This document shows positions 41,974 through 49,959 of a DNA stretch of 50,972 bases, one piece after another. The notes under the pieces were generated by a model. That model saw only the letters and a program-made list of their open reading frames with translations. It was not told where the DNA came from and made no database searches. The position numbers were made by a program, and so were the translations under genes. Each line of letters begins with the position of its first letter. The stretch's first letter is position 1. Location of the stretch: NCBI GenBank assembly GCA_964615415.1, contig CAZTNI010000004.1, positions 1 through 50,972 of the forward strand, in the 5' to 3' direction. This stretch comes from an uncultured Candidatus Saccharibacteria bacterium (GTDB lineage Bacteria > Patescibacteriota > Minisyncoccia > Phycocordibacterales > SBAW01).

Positions 41974-42398
41974 ACGATTTTCTTACGGGGGCGGTAAGGA
42001 ATGAAATGAGTATCTCTTAATTGAGAAGCACAATGAGCCATTAGTTGGGTATAACTTATGTAGATACTTCCATCTACTAATGACTCATCTATTAGATCAT
42101 AATCAAAGTTTATCTTCACATCCACAACTACTTTTGCATCTAGTCCGTCCTCCGGTATGATAATCATAGCTTCGGGCTTTCCATCTGCACCATCGAAAGC
42201 TACGATTGTTCCATCGTATGCGGAGAAGAGAACATAATCACCAATCTTAATGTCCACTACATCTGGACCGAGAGCTTTAACTATGCCTTGCTTACAGCGT
42301 TCCTTTGCTGTCTCTGGTGTGATGATTAATTTAGAGCGTGAATAATCACCTTCCCAGATTGGTTCAATCCCCACTTGATTTCTGATTAGTCTTAGCAT
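41970..42398 (-). CDS. GroES/Cpn10-like co-chaperonin
   Basis: IEPIWEGDYSRSKLIITPETAKERCKQGIVKALGPDVVDIKIGDYVLFSAYDGTIVAF follows the Cpn10 beta-barrel pattern. 142 aa. Confidence 0.55.
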   Translation of the reverse strand: MLRLIRNQVGIEPIWEGDYSRSKLIITPETAKERCKQGIVKALGPDVVDIKIGDYVLFSAYDGTIVAFDGADGKPEAMIIIPEDGLDAKVVVDVKINFDYDLIDESLVDGSIYISYTQLMAHCASQLRDTHFIPYRPRKKIV

Positions 42399-42552
42399 GT
42401 TCTCTGAGATAGTGGATTATGGCGTGATAATGTTCTGCTGATGTTAGTAATGCTGGTGTAGATTTGTGAGCTAAAGAAAGTTTTGTGATAAGAGAAGTTA
42501 AAACTTTCTTGTGATTCAGTGCAAAGAGTAAACACTCATCTACGGATTTCAT
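42364..42552 (-). CDS. Hypothetical protein (62 aa)
   Basis: ORF track entry. Confidence 0.45.
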   Translation of the reverse strand: MKSVDECLLFALNHKKVLTSLITKLSLAHKSTPALLTSAEHYHAIIHYLREHAKTNQKSSGD

Positions 42553-42824
42553 TGCTTGGGAATAGCATTGCCGGGAGCAATGATAATGTTAGGCTTCTTT
42601 TTTGCGGTCTTTAATGCATCATTGATGATAGTATATTCTTCTATTGTAAGCTCTATGAGAGAAAGAAGAACCACACCATTTGCCATCAAGCCAAGAAGAA
42701 CTTTAGTTTTATCTGCCTCTTCGACTACTCCTGAAACTGGGCCGCCGGGAGTGAGTCCAGAGAAATAGAAACGAACTTTTTGTTCTATCATTTTTTGTTG
42801 GTTAGAAGAGTCTATCTGAATCAT
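42549..42824 (-). CDS. Hypothetical protein (91 aa)
   Basis: ORF track entry. Confidence 0.65.
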   Translation of the reverse strand: MIQIDSSNQQKMIEQKVRFYFSGLTPGGPVSGVVEEADKTKVLLGLMANGVVLLSLIELTIEEYTIINDALKTAKKKPNIIIAPGNAIPKQ

Positions 42825-43134
42825 TGAGAGTCAGGCGAGTGTCAGAGCGGGTGGGATTTACTGGAAAATGATCTTCTTTTTGTCTATCATAAATATGTAG
42901 TTCATCATTACTTTGTAATCTGTCTCTTATATTACGAGCCTTCTCTAAACTATCAACCACATAATGCACTTCGTGAGAGATTCTGTAGGTGAGTTTTGGA
43001 GTTTCTTCAGGCATACGAATTAAAGTCTCTGGTCCAATGGAGAATGAATTTGTTAAGCCATTTGCTTGTTCTAGTTTTTCTAAGTCTAATGCGTCTGGCA
43101 TTTTTACTTCTACAATAGGTCTATCTTCTGGCAT
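42802..43134 (-). CDS. Hypothetical protein (110 aa)
   Basis: ORF track entry. Confidence 0.65.
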   Translation of the reverse strand: MPEDRPIVEVKMPDALDLEKLEQANGLTNSFSIGPETLIRMPEETPKLTYRISHEVHYVVDSLEKARNIRDRLQSNDELHIYDRQKEDHFPVNPTRSDTRLTLNDSDRLF

Positions 43135-43142
43135 CTTTACTC

Positions 43143-43421
43143 CTATAAAGTGAAAGGTAACTTATTCCAACTAGCCTTAAGCTTTTCATAGTCTTTGTTC
43201 TCTCTATGAAGAGTCCAATTTTGCACTCCTTTTATATCACACATCCAGGCTTTGTAAATCTTTTGATTATCTTTTCTCTTAATAAACCAACAGTAATTAC
43301 AATCTTCTGGAGGGTGTTCTAGTTTATCATTAAGATGTGCAACAGAATAAGGCATCTTGTATAATAAGATACACTCAATTCCATCTACTACTACATCATA
43401 ATCTTTAGTTGTATCTCGCAT
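43143..43421 (-). CDS. Hypothetical protein (92 aa)
   Basis: ORF track entry. The upstream sequence is ...cctataataaaATG, with no clear SD. Confidence 0.65.
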   Translation of the reverse strand: MRDTTKDYDVVVDGIECILLYKMPYSVAHLNDKLEHPPEDCNYCWFIKRKDNQKIYKAWMCDIKGVQNWTLHRENKDYEKLKASWNKLPFTL

Positions 43422-43452
43422 TTTATTATAGGTTATATTGTTTGTGTTACAA

Positions 43453-43526
43453 TGTCCCCGGCAGGAATCGAACCTGCGACCTACTGCTTAGAAGGCAGTC
43501 GCTCTATCCAACTGAGCTACGAGGAC
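43453..43526 (-). tRNA. tRNA-Arg (anticodon UCU)
   Basis: GTCCTCG TA GCTC AGTTGGATA GAGC G ACTGC CTTCTAA GCAGT AGGTC GCAGG TTCGATT CCTGC CGGGGAC A. 74 nt. Confidence 0.9.
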
Positions 43527-43599
43527 AAATATCTAGTAGAGAAGTAGTTTCCGAATCCTACTTTTTATGGCGGATAAAACTCTACTAGATAGTTACTAC

Positions 43600-43815
43600 T
43601 TAGCTAACCTGATTCTCTTCTGCAACTGCAATAGCTCTAGTAGCCCAGAACTTTGCAGTCTGAAGATGTGTAAGAGTAATAGAAGCTTCTCTAGAGTCCT
43701 CTACACCAAGTTCTTCAAGCTTAGTAAGCAAGTCAGAGAACAAAGTGCCAAGTTCTGCTGCCCTATTCTTACCAACTTCATTCAATTCATGAGACTTGAA
43801 TTCTGCTCTTGCCAT
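43600..43815 (-). CDS. Hypothetical helical protein (71 aa)
   Basis: ORF track entry. Confidence 0.65.
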   Translation of the reverse strand: MARAEFKSHELNEVGKNRAAELGTLFSDLLTKLEELGVEDSREASITLTHLQTAKFWATRAIAVAEENQVS

Positions 43816-43823
43816 TTATAACC

Positions 43824-44297
43824 TCACGGAAGATAAGGCTTCCAGTTGAAGGACTGATACTGCTTGCTAGCATCATTCTTATCTGCACGAACATCGCAAT
43901 CAGCACAAATGATAGCACCCTTCAATCCAGCCCAAGCATCACCAACAGACTTGTTAGAACCTTCGATAGAATACGACCAATCCTTAGGACCAAACTCTTC
44001 ATTCCACTTCTCTTCCTCAGAAGAGTTAGCAGGATTTGCACCAGTCGCAGCCATCTGGAATCTCTTTGTGATGCTCTGGTTCATCTCATCATGCTGACCG
44101 AGGAACACAGAAACAGCCTTACCCTTAAATACACCGTCAGTCTTAACGATTAAACGAACCTGAATGCCATGACGAACAGCGTTCGGGTCTTTATCGTAAA
44201 GCACGGGAACAAGGGAATCAACCTCGAAAGTATAGAAATCTTTCGGGAGGACGAGATATCCAGCAGTAGCCTGAGTGGGATTCGGATTAAAGCGCAT
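43824..44297 (-). CDS. Hypothetical protein (157 aa); possible ssDNA-binding partner of the Sak4-like ATPase, by gene context only
   Basis: ORF track entry immediately downstream of the Sak4-like ATPase. Confidence 0.6.
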   Translation of the reverse strand: MRFNPNPTQATAGYLVLPKDFYTFEVDSLVPVLYDKDPNAVRHGIQVRLIVKTDGVFKGKAVSVFLGQHDEMNQSITKRFQMAATGANPANSSEEEKWNEEFGPKDWSYSIEGSNKSVGDAWAGLKGAIICADCDVRADKNDASKQYQSFNWKPYLP

Positions 44298-44299
44298 TG

Positions 44300-45130
44300 T
44301 TATTTAAGAGGAGTTGAGGTTTTGATGTGTTCGAAAATCTTAGACATAGGAACAAATTTCTCGATTAGAGTTGGGAACAAACCTCCCCATCGAGTCTTAG
44401 CTGAAAGAACTGAATCACCAGATGTTCTAATCTGATACCAAGTTCTGTCACCAGAACCTTTTGTTTCTGTGTGCCAAGTCAAATCGAATAATCCAGTAAT
44501 ATCTTCTGGAAATGTTTGACCTGTAAAGCCCGGACGGATAGAGATGACTGGAGCTTGACCTCCCATTGATTCAGGTTTACCAAAAGTGAACCGCTCATGT
44601 GCAGTCATAATGAAATTGATGTTGAGTCTCTTACACTCAGTACACATCTGACGTGCGAAAGATTCAATTAGATTCATTTCAATTGCATAATCCTGCACAG
44701 TTGGGACGATGACATCATTCTGAACTAGAGACTTAAGACGGTCCTTTGTCTTAGATAGACCTAACTTCTGGTTTAACTCTAGTCCCTTGTTCAATGCCAT
44801 ACGTCTCAAATTCGTGGAATCCTCTACTACGATGGTGCGAATCTCATCCTTCTTCTCTGTCAGATACTTATCAATGATATCATACACCTTGTCGAATCCA
44901 TAAGCTTTCTCTGGAATCGGCATCTCATCATTGATTTCAATATACGGATTTGAATCTGGACAGAGCTTACGAAAGAGTGGAGATTTTAGTGTTGCAAATC
45001 CATTTGACGGAGTAACAATCAAAGCTTCTGAACCTACTGAGCCCGCAAGGAATGTTTTACCGGAACCAGAAGGACCATAAAGCAAAGCTGTTACTGCCTC
45101 GTGAGAGTTGTGATCTAGGAGGCGAGTCAT
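44300..45130 (-). CDS. Sak4-like (AAA_24/RecA-fold) ATPase
   Basis: Walker A LLYGPSGSGKT and Walker B-like TIVVEDSTN. 276 aa. Next to the Cas4-like nuclease. Confidence 0.7.
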   Translation of the reverse strand: MTRLLDHNSHEAVTALLYGPSGSGKTFLAGSVGSEALIVTPSNGFATLKSPLFRKLCPDSNPYIEINDEMPIPEKAYGFDKVYDIIDKYLTEKKDEIRTIVVEDSTNLRRMALNKGLELNQKLGLSKTKDRLKSLVQNDVIVPTVQDYAIEMNLIESFARQMCTECKRLNINFIMTAHERFTFGKPESMGGQAPVISIRPGFTGQTFPEDITGLFDLTWHTETKGSGDRTWYQIRTSGDSVLSAKTRWGGLFPTLIEKFVPMSKIFEHIKTSTPLK

Positions 45131-45171
45131 ACTATTACCTTATCCATCTAAACTCTCCATTATCTGTTGGT

Positions 45172-46209
45172 CTATATTTCATTCATCACCACTTGGTCAA
45201 CATGGGAGGGGTCCCAAGGTGAAAGCTTAAAGTTAGCTTTTAACTCATAAGCTATTGCTTCTTCTGAAGCTTTCTTGCAGACAGTATGATAATCACAAAA
45301 AGAACAAGAATGAGTTTGCATTGGCCAGATATCTTCTTCCTCACAGAGTGAGAGAATCTTATCAAAGAAGATTTGTTCCTTAAGCCATTGCTTTAACTGG
45401 TAACTGTTCTTTGTGATTGTAACGTTGGAGATTTTCCCGCGATTACTATTCGTCTGCTTGCCGTCATTCTGCAATACTTCAAAGATGATTCCTTGGATTT
45501 GCTTTCCATTGTCGATGGCTTCGGAACCATAATGAAGCTTGGACTCTGCAAAAATGTATCTTGTTGCTTGGTCATTGGGGTCGAGAGTAGCCTCGAAATA
45601 CTGGAGTTCTTTTGTTGTAGTCTTAAAATCTCTTCCCCAAAGCTTGCCATTCCATCTAATTATTTGGTCGGCTCTTCCATAGATAAAGGTACCATTAGGA
45701 AGTTGGATATTGAAAGGTTGTTCAACACCTACAACTTCAATGACACCCTTATCCTTTTCAGCACACCACCACTTGAAAGCCTTATTACAAGATTCTAAAA
45801 GTAAACCACGAGTATAGAATTCCCACTTCTTCAGTGGAGAACGTGCAAGTGGCATATCTTGAATAGCAGTCAAAGCAGCAGTAAGAGCTTCCATTCGTGA
45901 CTTCTTATTGAATGTAAACTCTATCTCTAAGACTTCACGAAACTTATGGTAAGCTGAACCAAAGTCAAAGATGACTTGATACTTTGAAACAGGAGGAACT
46001 CTACCTAACTTGATACGGTAGAAATACTTTCTCAAGCAATCATTAGCCATCTTCATAGCCGTAGAATCAGCGTAAGAAGGAAAGCGCGGGAGAGACTTGA
46101 GGAAAGTAGGTTCAGGGTTAGAAGGAAGTGGAATCGGCGCTGTAACTAAAATAGAAGCCGGGGCCGGGGTCAGGTCATCTAAACTAAGAATTTCTTCTTT
46201 AGTGTCCAT
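45172..46209 (-). CDS. PD-(D/E)XK nuclease, Cas4/RecB-like with a Cys cluster
   Basis: GRADQI...GRDFKTT is the D..(D/E)xK pattern. An N-terminal Cys (NDCLRKYFY) plus the C-terminal CSFCDYHTVC gives the 4-Cys arrangement typical of Cas4/AddB. Confidence 0.7.
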   Translation of the reverse strand: MDTKEEILSLDDLTPAPASILVTAPIPLPSNPEPTFLKSLPRFPSYADSTAMKMANDCLRKYFYRIKLGRVPPVSKYQVIFDFGSAYHKFREVLEIEFTFNKKSRMEALTAALTAIQDMPLARSPLKKWEFYTRGLLLESCNKAFKWWCAEKDKGVIEVVGVEQPFNIQLPNGTFIYGRADQIIRWNGKLWGRDFKTTTKELQYFEATLDPNDQATRYIFAESKLHYGSEAIDNGKQIQGIIFEVLQNDGKQTNSNRGKISNVTITKNSYQLKQWLKEQIFFDKILSLCEEEDIWPMQTHSCSFCDYHTVCKKASEEAIAYELKANFKLSPWDPSHVDQVVMNEI

Positions 46210-46416
46210 CTATAACTCTCTCAAGTGTTCGTCAGCTTGACGTGCTGACTTTTTGTAGATGTCAGTTAATGACATTCTTTGTTCTTGTAACACTTCTCGA
46301 AGAGACGAGATGAGTATGTTAACTATTACACTAGGAGCTATTGCTCCGTAGCACTGCTGGATGAAGTCTAAGTTATCTGCGTCGAATACTATTTGCTTAG
46401 TTATCTTTTCGCTCAA
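46210..46416 (-). CDS. Hypothetical protein (68 aa)
   Basis: ORF track entry. Confidence 0.6.
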   Translation of the reverse strand: MSEKITKQIVFDADNLDFIQQCYGAIAPSVIVNILISSLREVLQEQRMSLTDIYKKSARQADEHLREL

Positions 46417-46744
46417 AGTTCAGCTCCATGTTCTGAATGGTGATAACATTATGCTGATACAATCCGCGTGTGCTATCCCAATAGAGCAGGTTGACAAAGC
46501 CGAACTTAGCATAGAGATACAGAACAATATAAGTATTCAGTACAGCAGGACCAGAGAGAATGATGTAGTCTGAAGGCTTGGCAGAAGCTAACTGAACGTT
46601 AAGAAACTCCTGCAACTCCTTCAGTCTATTCAACTTTACGAATCCATTGGTGAGATAGACTAGCTCTCCATAAGACTTCGCGGAAGTGTAGTCATCCTTT
46701 GGACGAAAGTTTACGACAAATACTTTATCAGCTGTTTCTGTCAT
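46397..46744 (-). CDS. Hypothetical protein (115 aa)
   Basis: ORF track entry. Confidence 0.7.
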   Translation of the reverse strand: MTETADKVFVVNFRPKDDYTSAKSYGELVYLTNGFVKLNRLKELQEFLNVQLASAKPSDYIILSGPAVLNTYIVLYLYAKFGFVNLLYWDSTRGLYQHNVITIQNMELNFERKDN

Positions 46745-47177
46745 TTTCTAGTTCTAAAGGAGAAGTTGATGAGATTAGAATATTCTTAGAAGAACAGAAT
46801 AGTTTTAGGGATTCTATCTCTGAGGGTGAGAGTGTTACGTTTGGAAACTTTGTGGGAGATGTGAGGGGATTATTGAGGAGATGTGATACTAGATTGAGGA
46901 GGCTATAGTCCTCCGGTATAATCTTAACCTCACGCTCTACTGATACATCTAATTCGAGAGGCTCATAAATGCAACGTACACCAGGATTTGCTCCCTTAAC
47001 TAGACGTAAAGTATAGTAAGGTTTGAGATACTGGTGAGTTACATTTAGAGCCTGCCGAATTATATATAGAAGTTTAAGTGGCTTTGGTGACGCGAAGAAT
47101 ACTGTCTGTCTCTTCTCCAGTTCCCGCATCTGGGGTTCCACTAACTTTTGATTCTTCTTGCTGAGATGATAAGGCAT
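46728..47177 (-). CDS. Hypothetical protein (149 aa; start uncertain)
   Basis: ORF track entry that overlaps the upstream ORF by 104 nt. Confidence 0.55.
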   Translation of the reverse strand: MPYHLSKKNQKLVEPQMRELEKRQTVFFASPKPLKLLYIIRQALNVTHQYLKPYYTLRLVKGANPGVRCIYEPLELDVSVEREVKIIPEDYSLLNLVSHLLNNPLTSPTKFPNVTLSPSEIESLKLFCSSKNILISSTSPLELENDRNS

Positions 47178-47385
47178 TTGTTGTTAGATCTATCTCTGCA
47201 TCTAGAAGACGAACTATCTCTAACTTTACAGACTGTTGAAAGAATGGTAAAGTAGGACAGTGAACAAGTAAGATGAGAAGCTCCATCTGGTACTGAAAGA
47301 GATTCTTATCTGGAAAGTTAGACTTAAGAGTTGAGAACAAAGCTTCTGCATCAGCCTGATATTTTTCTAGGAGCTTTGTTCTCAT
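47074..47385 (-). CDS. Hypothetical protein (103 aa after trimming; acidic tail)
   Basis: Track ORF 47074..47430 trimmed to MRTKLLEKYQ... (ATG at 47383-47385). Confidence 0.5.
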   Translation of the reverse strand: MRTKLLEKYQADAEALFSTLKSNFPDKNLFQYQMELLILLVHCPTLPFFQQSVKLEIVRLLDAEIDLTTNALSSQQEESKVSGTPDAGTGEETDSILRVTKAT

Positions 47386-47563
47386 CGTAACTCTTAAGTC
47401 GGTCGGCAAAAGCTTCGAGTCCTGAGACAAACTTTTCCTCCTCGTCGCGGGGAATAATGATGGAACCTATGCAATTGTCATCTGATAGAAAGATTGTGAT
47501 AAGAACACGACTACCACGAATCTCCCTTTCAATTGAAACATTACCTGCGAGGGAGGAAACCAT
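47351..47563 (-). CDS. Hypothetical protein (70 aa after trimming)
   Basis: Track ORF 47351..47674 trimmed to MVSSLAGNVSIE... (ATG at 47561-47563). Confidence 0.5.
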   Translation of the reverse strand: MVSSLAGNVSIEREIRGSRVLITIFLSDDNCIGSIIIPRDEEEKFVSGLEAFADRLKSYDENKAPRKISG

Positions 47564-47966
47564 AACGCTTCTTCTTTGGGTTAAGTTTGTTCTTATGCAA
47601 AGAGTACAGCATAAGAGCATAAAATACTGCCTCTGGACCAGAAGTGATATACACACCAGTTTCAGTGCGAACAACTTTATCTGCTGTGATATTGGATAGT
47701 TCGTCGATTATCTGTGAGAGAGACTTGGACTGAAGTGACATGTTTAACATGCGACTAAGTGAGTCTGCCCAAGCAGCAATCTCTGAGCCAGCTTTACCAA
47801 TATTGATTATGATGTGATCTAATTTACCATTAGCATCCTCTGTGCAATGCACAAAGACTTTGCCAACGGGAGATTTTACACCAATGGAATAAGCCTGTGA
47901 AATATCAACCAGGCTCTTCCGAACCTCCTTTATATTTGGAACTGTTTGAGTCGTCATCTTCCTCAA
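47541..47966 (-). CDS. TSCPD-domain-like protein (141 aa)
   Basis: KVFVHCTEDANGKLDHIIINIGKAGSEIAAWADSLSRML...TGVYITSGPEAVFYAL resembles the stand-alone TSCPD domain related to class II RNR C-termini. The motif here is TSGPE. Confidence 0.5.
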   Translation of the reverse strand: MRKMTTQTVPNIKEVRKSLVDISQAYSIGVKSPVGKVFVHCTEDANGKLDHIIINIGKAGSEIAAWADSLSRMLNMSLQSKSLSQIIDELSNITADKVVRTETGVYITSGPEAVFYALMLYSLHKNKLNPKKKRYGFLPRR

Positions 47967-48234
47967 TGAGTGCTAAGATAGGAGTGGATTCTTCTGCTAT
48001 TAACGCATCGTCTTCCTCTGGGATATTGAAGGATTCCATCAGAGATGTTAAACGATCTAAAGCTTCTTCAACTGTAGAATTAACTGTGTCATTCTCTAAT
48101 GAATAGTTCTGTTCGTCTAAGTCTACATCAATTGCATTGAACAGTTCCATCATTGCCTTCTTAATACGGGGATTCATGTCCTCCCTGAGATTGGAAACAA
48201 TCAAAGGACGGAGATGTTTAGCTAAGATAGACAT
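47905..48234 (-). CDS. Hypothetical acidic protein (109 aa)
   Basis: ORF track entry. Confidence 0.6.
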   Translation of the reverse strand: MSILAKHLRPLIVSNLREDMNPRIKKAMMELFNAIDVDLDEQNYSLENDTVNSTVEEALDRLTSLMESFNIPEEDDALIAEESTPILALIEEDDDSNSSKYKGGSEEPG

Positions 48235-48237
48235 CTG

Positions 48238-48507
48238 TTATGAAGGGATAATTGTGGATTGACTATTTTCGAGAGCAATGAACTTGTCCTGCAAAGATTG
48301 CATAAAAACTGGGAAGTCTTCTTTTTGGATATTCATATCTATTAAAGCTTTGGAGAAAGCTTTATCAAGCATTGGGATTGTATATCTAGATTCTGGTGTA
48401 TTAAGCGCTAATGTAATCTCGTGCCTAATAAAATGATCTACCATTACTGCACCAAACACTAAAGCAACAATCTCACCTTCAGTAAAAGTTAGCGTGTGAG
48501 TTTTCAT
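48238..48507 (-). CDS. Hypothetical protein (89 aa after trimming)
   Basis: The first 12 codons of track ORF 48238..48543 overlap the promoter at 48534-48562. Trimmed to MKTHTLTFTEGE... (ATG at 48505-48507). Confidence 0.6.
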   Translation of the reverse strand: MKTHTLTFTEGEIVALVFGAVMVDHFIRHEITLALNTPESRYTIPMLDKAFSKALIDMNIQKEDFPVFMQSLQDKFIALENSQSTIIPS

Positions 48508-48533
48508 TAGAGTGACCAGAGGTCTGAGAGGAC

Positions 48534-48562
48534 AATATAACACCTTGGGGGTGACTTGTCAA
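48534..48562 (-). promoter_or_regulatory. Near-consensus sigma70-type promoter (TTGACA-17 nt-TATATT)
   Basis: Minus strand reads cccTTGACAagtcacccccaaggtgtTATATTgtcc. Confidence 0.6.
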
Positions 48563-48596
48563 GGGGGTAGCAGGAGGGGCTGATTTATAGTTAAAG

Positions 48597-48887
48597 CTAT
48601 TCTACCTGCATATATGTTGCAGCAAATAAAGCAGGATTGCAAGAACTGAATTTTCCATTTGAATCTTTAACAATGAAATCATACATCTTTACTTTAAGTG
48701 CACCATCTAAAGTAGCAAATACTATATCACCATCTGCATCTTTTCCCATATCACCTCCAATAAATTCTTCACAGGATTCTATGGTAAAAAGTGTGAGTTG
48801 TAGAGCTTCTACATCAGGTCCGAATAATTCTTCTACGACAGAAACTCCAGAAACTTTACGATATTTTAAAGGCATTAGATTTTCCAA
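48597..48887 (-). CDS. Hypothetical protein (96 aa)
   Basis: ORF track entry; first gene downstream of GC-rich island B. Confidence 0.7.
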   Translation of the reverse strand: MENLMPLKYRKVSGVSVVEELFGPDVEALQLTLFTIESCEEFIGGDMGKDADGDIVFATLDGALKVKMYDFIVKDSNGKFSSCNPALFAATYMQVE

Positions 48888-49030
48888 TGAAAGTTTGTGT
48901 TGAACTACAACGGCAACGACAACTACAACTACGGTTGGCAGGGGGATTTGTGTGTGCGAATGAGTTATGTTCCCGCGCTCGCTTCGCTCGCGCTGAGAGA
49001 TCGTAACTACGCGCTCGCCGCTTCGCGGCT
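48888..49030 (-). promoter_or_regulatory. GC-rich regulatory island B (homologue of island A at 19601-19815)
   Basis: Minus strand reads ...gccgcgaagcggc...gcgagcgaagcgagcgcgggaacataac...ccgtagttgtagttgtcgttgccgttgtagttcaac, ending about 30 nt before the ATG at 48887. Its upstream part overlaps the 3' end of ORF 49007..49237. Confidence 0.55.
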
Positions 49031-49237
49031 TCGCTTGATTTGTGCTAATGATTGCTGATAGTTAGACTTAGCTTGTTCGGCGGAGATAAAGATTAAGAAC
49101 ATCTTAGATTCTGAATCGATATAAATGGTGGACAGGGACAGATGGAATGAGTTAGATGTGAGAATATTAACAGGCAAGTCTCCACAAGACTTTTCGTGAA
49201 GCTTTAATTCCTTGATGAATTCGGAGAGAGTTTTCAT
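49007..49237 (-). CDS. Hypothetical protein (76 aa)
   Basis: ORF track entry. The C-terminal codons run into island B. Confidence 0.6.
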   Translation of the reverse strand: MKTLSEFIKELKLHEKSCGDLPVNILTSNSFHLSLSTIYIDSESKMFLIFISAEQAKSNYQQSLAQIKRSREAASA

Positions 49238-49240
49238 TGT

Positions 49241-49729
49241 TTACTCAGGATAAATGTAAGGTAAGTTACTAGGAACATCTGGAAAATACTTAGAGTAATG
49301 CTCTGGAAATTTACGAAGAAGATTAGAACGATGAGAGAGGTGAAGAGCTTCGTTTCCTAGCCATTTTGGATAATCTATTGTGTAAGTATCTAAGACTCTT
49401 AGTCCTTTAGATTGTTCTAGCTTATCTAACAAATCTCGAACTTTTCCGTAGATAGTATCTTGATATCCGCGAGCACGCCATTCACGACAAACTTCTATTG
49501 TATATTTGATTAATGCAAATGGATGATTCTCCCACATCTTTACTACTGGATGATTCCAAAATCCTTTTTTCTTTCTGCCGAGTTTATCTGTGGGAGTTGG
49601 AATGATTTCTTTCTTACGAAGAATGATTTGGATTAATTGTAATCCTTCTACTCGTTGCTTACCGAGACGTTTATAGTCTAAGACTCTTGCGGATTCTGTA
49701 AAATCTTCATAAGGTAGAAAAGTCTGCAT
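49241..49729 (-). CDS. Pyrimidine-dimer DNA glycosylase-like protein (DenV/Pyr_excise-like)
   Basis: MQTFLPYEDFTESARVLDYKRLGKQRVEGLQLIQ...NHPVVKMW...RGYQDT...HRSNLLRKFPEHY parallels the layout of T4 endonuclease V-type proteins, as recalled from memory. Confidence 0.55.
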   Translation of the reverse strand: MQTFLPYEDFTESARVLDYKRLGKQRVEGLQLIQIILRKKEIIPTPTDKLGRKKKGFWNHPVVKMWENHPFALIKYTIEVCREWRARGYQDTIYGKVRDLLDKLEQSKGLRVLDTYTIDYPKWLGNEALHLSHRSNLLRKFPEHYSKYFPDVPSNLPYIYPE

Positions 49730-49959
49730 TAGAGTTCCTCTTGTTTGAGTTGGTCTGACTCGAAGATGTCGAAGATTCGTATTATATCCTGACCTAAGAA
49801 AGCTATTAATGTAGCAGCTCTCTCATTCTTCAAATAGAATCTCGTCGGCTCTTCTTGGAAGCGAAGTAATGTTGACTTGGACATTTGCTGCACCTTCAAA
49901 AGCTTATCCGCGGAGAAGTAGTATGTACTAGCTCCGTGCTGGATTGAGATGAGTTTCAC
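49729..49959 (-). CDS. Hypothetical protein (76 aa)
   Basis: ORF track entry. Confidence 0.65.
   Translation of the reverse strand: MKLISIQHGASTYYFSADKLLKVQQMSKSTLLRFQEEPTRFYLKNERAATLIAFLGQDIIRIFDIFESDQLKQEEL

Noticed and set aside
43531-43590. Hairpin (11-bp outer stem, 6-bp inner stem followed by TTTTTAT on the plus strand) between gene 43600..43815 and tRNA-Arg, considered as a terminator
   Set aside because: The U tract follows the stem only on the plus (antisense) strand. On the transcribed minus strand there is no U tract, so it is more likely a processing or stability hairpin. There is not enough evidence to call it a terminator.
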